From NCBI RefSeq assembly GCF_009914755.1, contig NC_060933.1: DNA of 64,000 nt. One strand, given 5' to 3'. Under the pieces are notes generated by a model. It was not told where the DNA came from. It did not search any database and saw nothing but the letters and a program-made list of their open reading frames with translations. The translations under genes were made by a program, and so were the position numbers. This document shows, piece by piece, positions 56,601 through 64,000 of the stretch (the stretch's first letter is position 1; every line of letters begins with the position of its first letter). The DNA is from the human T2T-CHM13v2.0 reference genome, Homo sapiens.

Positions 56601-59600
56601 GCAATCGAATGGAATGGAATGGGATTAACCCGAATAGAATGGAATGGAATGGAATGGAATGGAATGGAATGGAATGGAATGGAATGGAACGGAAAGGAAG
56701 GGAATGGAATGGAATAGAATGGAATGGAATGGAATCAACGCGAGTGCAGGGGAATGGAATGGAATGGAATGCAATGGAATGGAATCTTCCGGAATGGAAT
56801 GGAATGCAATGGAATGGAATGGAATGGAATCAACCCGAGTGCAACGGAATGGAGTGGAATGGAATGGAATGGAATGGAACAACCCGAATGGAATGGAATG
56901 TAATGGAGAGTAAGGGAGTTGAATAGAATCAATCCGAATGTAATGGAATGGAATGGAACGGAATGGAATTGAATGGAATGGAATGGAATGCAATGGAATG
57001 GAATCAACCCAAGTGCAATGGAATGGAGAGGAATGGAAAGGAATGGAATGGAAACTACCCGAATGGAATGGAATGTAATGGAGTGTAAGGGAATTGAATA
57101 GAATCAATCCGAATGTAGTGGAATGGAATGGAACGGAATGGAATGGAATGGAATGGAATGGAATGGAATGGAATGCAATGGAATGGAATCAACCCGAGTG
57201 CAATCGAATGGAATCGAATGGAATGGAATGCAATGGAATGGATTCAACTTGAATGGAATGGAAAGAATGGAATCAACACGAGTGGAATGGAATGGCTTGG
57301 AATGGAATGGAATGGAATCAACCCGAGTACAGGGGAAAGGAATGGAATGGAATGCAATGGAATGGAATCATCCGTAATGGAATGGAAAGGAATGGAATGG
57401 AATGGAATGGAATGGAATGGAATGGAATCAACTCGATTGCAATCGAATGTAATTGAATGGAATTAACCCGAATAGAATGGAATGGAATGGAATGGAACGG
57501 AACGGAAAGGAATGGAATGGAATGGAATGCAATGGAATGGAACGGAACGGAAAGGAATGGAATGGAATGGAATGGAATGGAATGGAATCAACGCGAGTGC
57601 AGGGGAATGGAATGGAATGGAATGCAATGGAATGGAATCTTCCGGAATGGAATGGAATGGAATGGAATGGAGTGAAATGCAATGGATTCAACTCGATTGC
57701 AATGGAATGGAATAGAATGGAATGGAATGGAATGGAATGGAATTAATCCGAATAGAATGGAATGGAATGGAATGGAACGGAATGGAACGGAATGGAATGA
57801 AATGGAATGGAATGGAATGGTATGGAATGGAATGGAATGGTACGGAATAGAATGGAATGGAACGAATTGTAATGGAATGGAATTGAATGGAATGGAATGG
57901 AATGGAATGGAATCAACCCGAGTGCAATGGAATGGAGTGGAATGGAATGGAATGGAATGGAACAACCCGAATGGAATGGAATGTAATGGAGAGTAAGGGA
58001 GTTGAATAGAATCAATCCGAATGTAATGGAATCGAATGCAACGGAATGGAATGGAATGGAATGGAATGGAATGCAATGGAATTCAATCAACCTGAGTACA
58101 ATGGAATGGAACGGAATGCAATGGAATGATACGGAATAGAATGGAATGGAAAGAAATGGAATGGAATGGAATGGAATGGAATGGAATGCAATGGAATTGA
58201 ATCAACCCGAGTACAATGGAATGGAATGGAATGGAATGGAATGGAATTAACCCGAATACAATGGAATGGAATGGAATGGAACAGAATGGAGTGGAATGGA
58301 ATGGAATCAACCCGAGTGCAGGGGAATGGAATGGAATGGAATGCAATGGAATGGAATCATCCGTAATGGAATGGAAAGGAATGGAATGGAATGGAATGGA
58401 ATGGAATGGAATGGAATGGAATGGAATAGAATCAACTCGATTGCAATGGAATGGAATGGAATGGAATTAACCCGAATAGAATAGAATGGAATGGAATGGA
58501 ACGGAACGGAATGGAATGGAATGGAATGGAATGGAATGGAACGGAACGGAACGGAATGGATGGAATTGAATGGAATGGAATGGAATCAACGCGAGTGCAG
58601 GGGAAAGGAATGGAATGGAATGCAATGGAATGGAATCTTCCGGAATGGAATGGAATGGAATGGAATGGAATGAAATGCAATTGATTCAACTCGATTGCAA
58701 TGGAATGGAATAGAATGGAATGGAATGGAATGGAATGGAATGGAATTAACCCGAATAGAATGGAATGGAATGGAATGGAACGGAATGGAATGGAATCAAC
58801 CCGAGTGCAATGGAATGGAGAGGAATGGAATGGAATGGAATGGAAACTACCCGAATGGAATGGAATGCATTGGAGTGTAAGGGAATTGAATAGAATCAAT
58901 CCGAATGGAATGGAATGGAATGGAACGGAATGTAATGGAATGGAATGGAATGGAATCAACCCGAGTGCAGGGGAATGGAATGGAAAGGAATGCAATCGAA
59001 TGGAATCATCCGGAATGGAATGGAATGGAATGCAATGGAATAGAATCCACCCGAGTGCAATGGAATGGAGTGAAATGGAATGGAATGGAATGGAAACAAC
59101 CAGAATGGATTGGAATATAATGGAGTGTAAGGGAATTGAATAGAATCAATCTGAATGTAATGAAATGGAATGGAACGGAATGGAATGGAGTGGAATGGAA
59201 TGGAATGGAATGGAATGCAATGGAATGGAATCAACCCGAGTGCAATCGAATGGAATCGAATGGAATGGAATGCAATGGAATGGATTCAACTTGAATGGAA
59301 TGGAAAGAATGGAATCAACACGAGTGGAATGGCATGGATTGGAATGGAATGGAATGGAATCAACCCGAGTACAGGGGAATGGAATGGAATGGAATGCAAT
59401 GGAATGGAATCATCCGTAATGGAATGGAAAGGAATGGAATGGAACGGAATGGAATGGAATGGAATGGAATGGAATCAACTCGATTGCAATCGAATGTAAT
59501 GGAATGGAATTAACCCGAATAGAATGGAATGGAATGGAATGGAACGGAACGGAATGGAATGGAATGGAATGGAATGGAACGGAACGGAACGGAATGGAAT

Positions 59601-62600
59601 GGAATGGAATGGAATGGAATGGAATGGAATCAACGCGAGTGCAGGGGAATGGAATGGAATGGAATGAAATGGAATGGAATCTTCCGGAATGGAATGGAAT
59701 GGAATGCAATGGAATGGAATGAAATGCAATGGATTCAACTCGATTGCAATGCAATGGAATAGAATGGAATGGAATGGAATGGAATGGAATTAATTCGAAT
59801 AGAATGGAATGGAATGGAATGGAACGGAATGGAACGGAATGGAATGGAATGGAATGGAATTTAATGGTATGGAATGGAATGGAATGGTACGGAATAGAAT
59901 GGAATGGAACGAATTGTAATGGAATGGAATTGAATGGAATGGAATGGAATGGAATCAACGCGAGTGCAGGGGAAAGTAATGGAACGGAATGCAATGGAAT
60001 GGAATCATCCAGAATGGAATGGAATGGAATGGAATGGAATGGAATCAACCCGAGTGCAATGGAATGGAGTGGAATGGAATGGAATGGAATGGAACAACCT
60101 GAATGGAATTGAATGTAATGGAGAGTAAGGGAGTTGAATAGAATCAATCCGAATGTAATGGAATGGAAAGCAACGGAATGGAATGGAATGGAATGGAATG
60201 GAATGCAATGGAATTGAATCAACCCGAGTACAATGGAATGGAATGGAATGGAATGGAATGGAATGGAATGGAATGCAATGATACGGAATAGAATGGAATG
60301 GAACGAAATGGAATGGAATGGAATGGAATGGAATGGAATGGAATGGAATGGAATGGAATGGAATCGTTCCGAGTGGAATAGGAGGGAATGTATTCGAGTG
60401 GAATGGAAAGGAATGGAATCAACCAGAGTGGAATGGAAGGGAATGGAATGGAATGGAAACTAATAGAATGGAATCAACCTGAGAGGAATGGAATGGAAAG
60501 GACTGGAATGGAATGGAATGGAATGGAATGGAATGGAATGGAATTAACCCGAATACAATGCAATGGAATGGAATGGAATGGAATGGAGTGGAATGGAATG
60601 GAATCAACCCGAGTGCAGGGGAATGGAATGGAATGGAATGCAATGGAATGGAATCATCCGGAATGGAATGGAATGGAATGGAATGCAAAGCAATGGAATC
60701 AACTCGATTGCAATGGAATGGAATGGAATGGAAAGGAATACATTGGAATCAACCCGAGTGGAATGGAATGGAAAGGACTGGAATGGAGTGGAATGGAATG
60801 GAATGGAATGGAATGGAATCAACTCGATTGGAATGGAATGGAATGGAATGGAATTAACCCGAATAGAATGGAATGGAATGCAACGGAACGGAACGGAACG
60901 GAATGGAATGGAATGGAATGGAATGGAATGGAAACAACCCGACTGCCGGGGAATGGAATGGAATGGAATGCAATGGAATGGATTCAACTTGAATGGAATG
61001 GAAAGAATGGAATCAACAGGAGTGGAATGGCATGGATTGGAATGGAATGGAATGGAATCAACCCGAGTACAGGGGAATGGAATGGAATGGAATGCAATGG
61101 AATGGAATCATCCGTAATGGAATGGAAAGGAATGGAATGGAATGGAATGGAATGCAATGGAATGGAATCAACTCGATTGCAATCGAATGGAATGGAATGG
61201 AATTAACCCGAATAGAATGGAATGGAATGGAACGGAACGGAACGGAACGGAATGGAATGTATTGGAATGGAATGGAATGGAATGGAACGGAAAGGAATGG
61301 AATGGAATGGAATGGAATGGAATGGAATGGAATCAACGCGAGTGCAGGGGAATGGAATGGAATGGAATGCAATGGAATGGAATCTTCCGGAATGGAATGG
61401 AATGGAATGGAATGGAATGGAATGGAATGGAATGGAATAAACCCGAGTGCAATGGAATGGGGTGGAATGGAATGGAATGGAATGGAATGGAACAACCCGA
61501 ATGGAATGGAATGTAATGGAGAGTAAGGGAGTTGAATAGAATCAATCCGAATGTAATGGAATGGAATGGAACGGAATGGAATGGAATGGAATGGAATGGA
61601 ATGGAATAGAATGGAATGCAATGGAATGGATTCAACTTGAATGGAAAGGAAAGAATGGAATCAACACGAGTGGAATGGAATGGATTGGAATGGAATGGAA
61701 TGGAATCAACCCGAGTACAGGGGAATGGAATGGAATGGAATGCACTGGAATGGAATCATCCGTAATGGAATGGAATGGAATGGAATGGAATGGAATGGAA
61801 TGGAATGGAATGGAATGGAATGGAATCAACTCGATTGCAATCGAATGGAATGGAATGGAATTAACCCGAATAGAATGGAATGGAATGGAATGGAACGGAA
61901 CGGAATAGAATGGAATGGAATGGAATGGAATGGAATGGAACGGAAAGGATGGGAATGGAATGGAATGGAATGGAATGGAATGGAATGGAATGGAATCAAC
62001 TCGATTGCAATCGAATGGAATGGAATGGAATTAACCCGAATAGAATGGAATGGAATGGAATGGAACGGAACGGAATGGAATGGAATGGAATGGAATGGAA
62101 TGGAATGGAATCAACCCGAGTGCAATGGAATGGAGTGGAATGGAATGGAATGGAATGGAACAACCCGAATGGAATGGAATGTAATGGAGAGTAAGGGAGT
62201 TGAAAAGAATAATTCCGAATGTAATGGAATGGAATGGAACGGAATGGAATGGAATGGAATGGAATGGAATTGAATGGAATGGAATGCAATGGAATGGAAA
62301 CAACCCGAGTACAATGGAATGGAATGGAATGGAATGGAATGGAATGGAATGGAATGGAATGGAATGCAATGGAATGGAATGCAATGGAATGGAATCTTCA
62401 GGAATGGAATGGAATGGAATGGAATGGAATGGAATGGAATGCAATGGATTCAACTCGATTGCAATGGAATGGAATAGAATGGAATGGAATGGAATGGAAT
62501 GGAATGGAATGGAATTAAACCGAATAGAATGGAATGGAATTGAATGGAACGGAACAGAACGGAACGGAACGGAACGGAGTGGAATGGAATGGAATGGAAT

Positions 62601-64000
62601 TGTATGAAATGGAATGGAGTGGTACGGAATAGAATGGAATGGAAAGAATTGGAATGGAATGGAATGGAATGGAATGGAATGGAATGGAATGGAATCAACC
62701 CGAGTGCAATCGAATGGAGTGGAATGGAATGGAATAGAATGGAACAACCCGAATGGAATGGAATGTAATGGAGAGTAAGGGAGTTGAATAGAATCAATCC
62801 GAATGTAATGGAATGGAATGCAACGGAATGGAATGGAATGGAATGGAATGGAATGCAATGGAATGGAATCAACCCGAGTACAATGGAATGGAATGGAATG
62901 GAATGGAATGGAATGGAATGATACGGAATAGAATGGAATGGAACGAAATGGAATGGAATGGAATGGAATGGAATGGAATGGAATGGAATGGAATGGAATC
63001 GTTCCGAGTGGAATAGGAGGGAATGTATTCGAGTGGAATGGAAAGGAATGGAATCAACCAGAGTGGAATGGAAGGGAATGGAATGGAATGGAAACTAATA
63101 GAATGGAATCAACCAGAGTGGAATGGAATGGAAAGGACTGGAATGGAATGGAATGGAATGGAATCAACTGGATTGTAATGGAATGGAATGGAATGGAATG
63201 GAATGGAATGGAATGGAATGGAATTAACCCGAATACAATGGAATGGAATGGAATGGAGTGGAATGGAATGGAATCAACCCGAGTGCAGGGGAATGGAATG
63301 GAATGGAATGCAATGGAATGGAATCATCCGGAATGGAATGGAATGGAATGGAATGCAAAGCAATGGAATCAACTCGATTGCAATGGAATGGAATGGAATG
63401 GAAAGGAATACATTGGAATCAACCCGAGTGGAATGGAAAGGAAAGGACTGGAATGAAGTGGAATGGAATGGAATGGAATGGAATGGAATGGAATGGAATG
63501 GAATGGAATGGAATCAACTTGATTGGAATGGAATGGAATGGAATGGAATGGAATGGAATGGAATCAACCCGACTGCAGGGGAATGGAATGGAATGGAATG
63601 CAATGGAATGGATTCAAGTTGAATGGAATGGAAAGAATGGAATCAACACGAGTGGAATGGCATGTATTGGAATGGAATGGAATGGAATCAACCCGAGTAC
63701 AGGGGAATGGAATGGAATGGAATGCAATGGAATGGAATCATCCGTAATGGAATGGAAAGGAATGGAATGGAATGGAATGGAATGGAATGGAATGGAATGG
63801 AATTGAATGGAATGGATTCAACTCGATTGCAATCGAATGGAATGGAATGGAATTAACCCGAATAGAATGGAATGGAATGGAATGGAACGGAAGGGAACGG
63901 AACGGAATGGAATGGAATGGAATGGAATGGAATGGAATGGAATTAACCCGAATAGAATCGAATGGAATGGAATGGAACGGAATGGAACGGAATGGAATGG

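Larger units (their letters stand above)
1..64000 (+). repeat. Human Satellite III (HSat3) pericentromeric array, (GGAAT)n G-rich strand on +
   Basis: Seen: GGAAT pentamers dominate every line from base 1 to 64000, interspersed with CAACCCGAGT/CAACCCGAAT/CAACTCGATT/CAACGCGAGT/CAACACGAGT decamers. Established: (GGAAT)n plus CAACCCGA(G/A)T is the classical definition of Satellite III, as opposed to HSat2 (CATTCGATTC-rich). The array runs off both window edges. Confidence 0.98.
1..64000 (+). ncRNA. Potential template for stress-induced SatIII (HSATIII) lncRNA; + strand has the sense of the G-rich (GGAAU)n transcript
   Basis: Established: HSF1-dependent Pol II transcription of SatIII yields G-rich RNAs that scaffold nuclear stress bodies. 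Inference only: no transcript boundary is visible and transcription of this particular window is not shown by the sequence. Confidence 0.35.

Noticed and set aside
1-64000. CRISPR-like repeat/spacer appearance (CAACCCGAGT words separated by variable stretches)
   Set aside because: The spacers are themselves GGAAT repeats rather than unique sequence. There are no cas genes or leader, and the context is a eukaryotic satellite.
1-64000. Embedded transposon, inversion or unique island
   Set aside because: I read through for Alu/L1/poly-A, switches to (ATTCC)n on +, and non-satellite stretches, and found none. The most complex words (e.g. 678-715, 419-452) stay in pentamer register and recur many times.
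1-64000. Assignment to DYZ1 (Yq12) or HSat2
   Set aside because: There is no regular ~3.56 kb period and no CATTCGATTC/GAATCATCGAAT-dominated pattern. The abundant CAACCCGAGT words fit a different HSat3 subfamily.
1-64000. Telomeric or pathogenic pentanucleotide expansion (e.g. SCA31 TGGAA)
   Set aside because: No TTAGGG arrays and no unique or genic flanks. The long, module-structured, diverged array is typical of pericentromeric satellite.

Overview
The whole 64 kb window is one uninterrupted, single-orientation array of human-type classical Satellite III (HSat3): (GGAAT)n on the + strand, (ATTCC)n on the - strand, punctuated by CAACCCGAGT-type decamer variants. I saw no genuine gene, RNA gene, transposon insertion, inversion or unique sequence. 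All ORFs in the track (MEWNG/IPFHS repeats) arise because the pentamer has no stop codon in any frame. A recurring ~155 bp block resembles, from memory only, the pHuR98 probe, which suggests the chr9q12 heat-shock-responsive SatIII block; this needs an alignment to confirm. The real information is structural. (i) Variant modules occur in a fixed order. (ii) There are three very young, near-perfect duplications (periods 4178, 3718 and 8255 bp) layered on older ones (~9.7 kb with internal deletions, ~7.9 kb, dispersed copies). (iii) The 5-bp register is strictly kept and is broken almost only by a few fixed 1-bp deletions. (iv) About 45 embedded perfect three-unit heat-shock elements (gGAAt-cTTCc-gGAAt) were counted by eye. 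I found no evidence for a new protein-coding or defence-type system. The best leads are the HSE module and the duplication history. All comparisons were made by eye plus the ORF track, not by alignment software.
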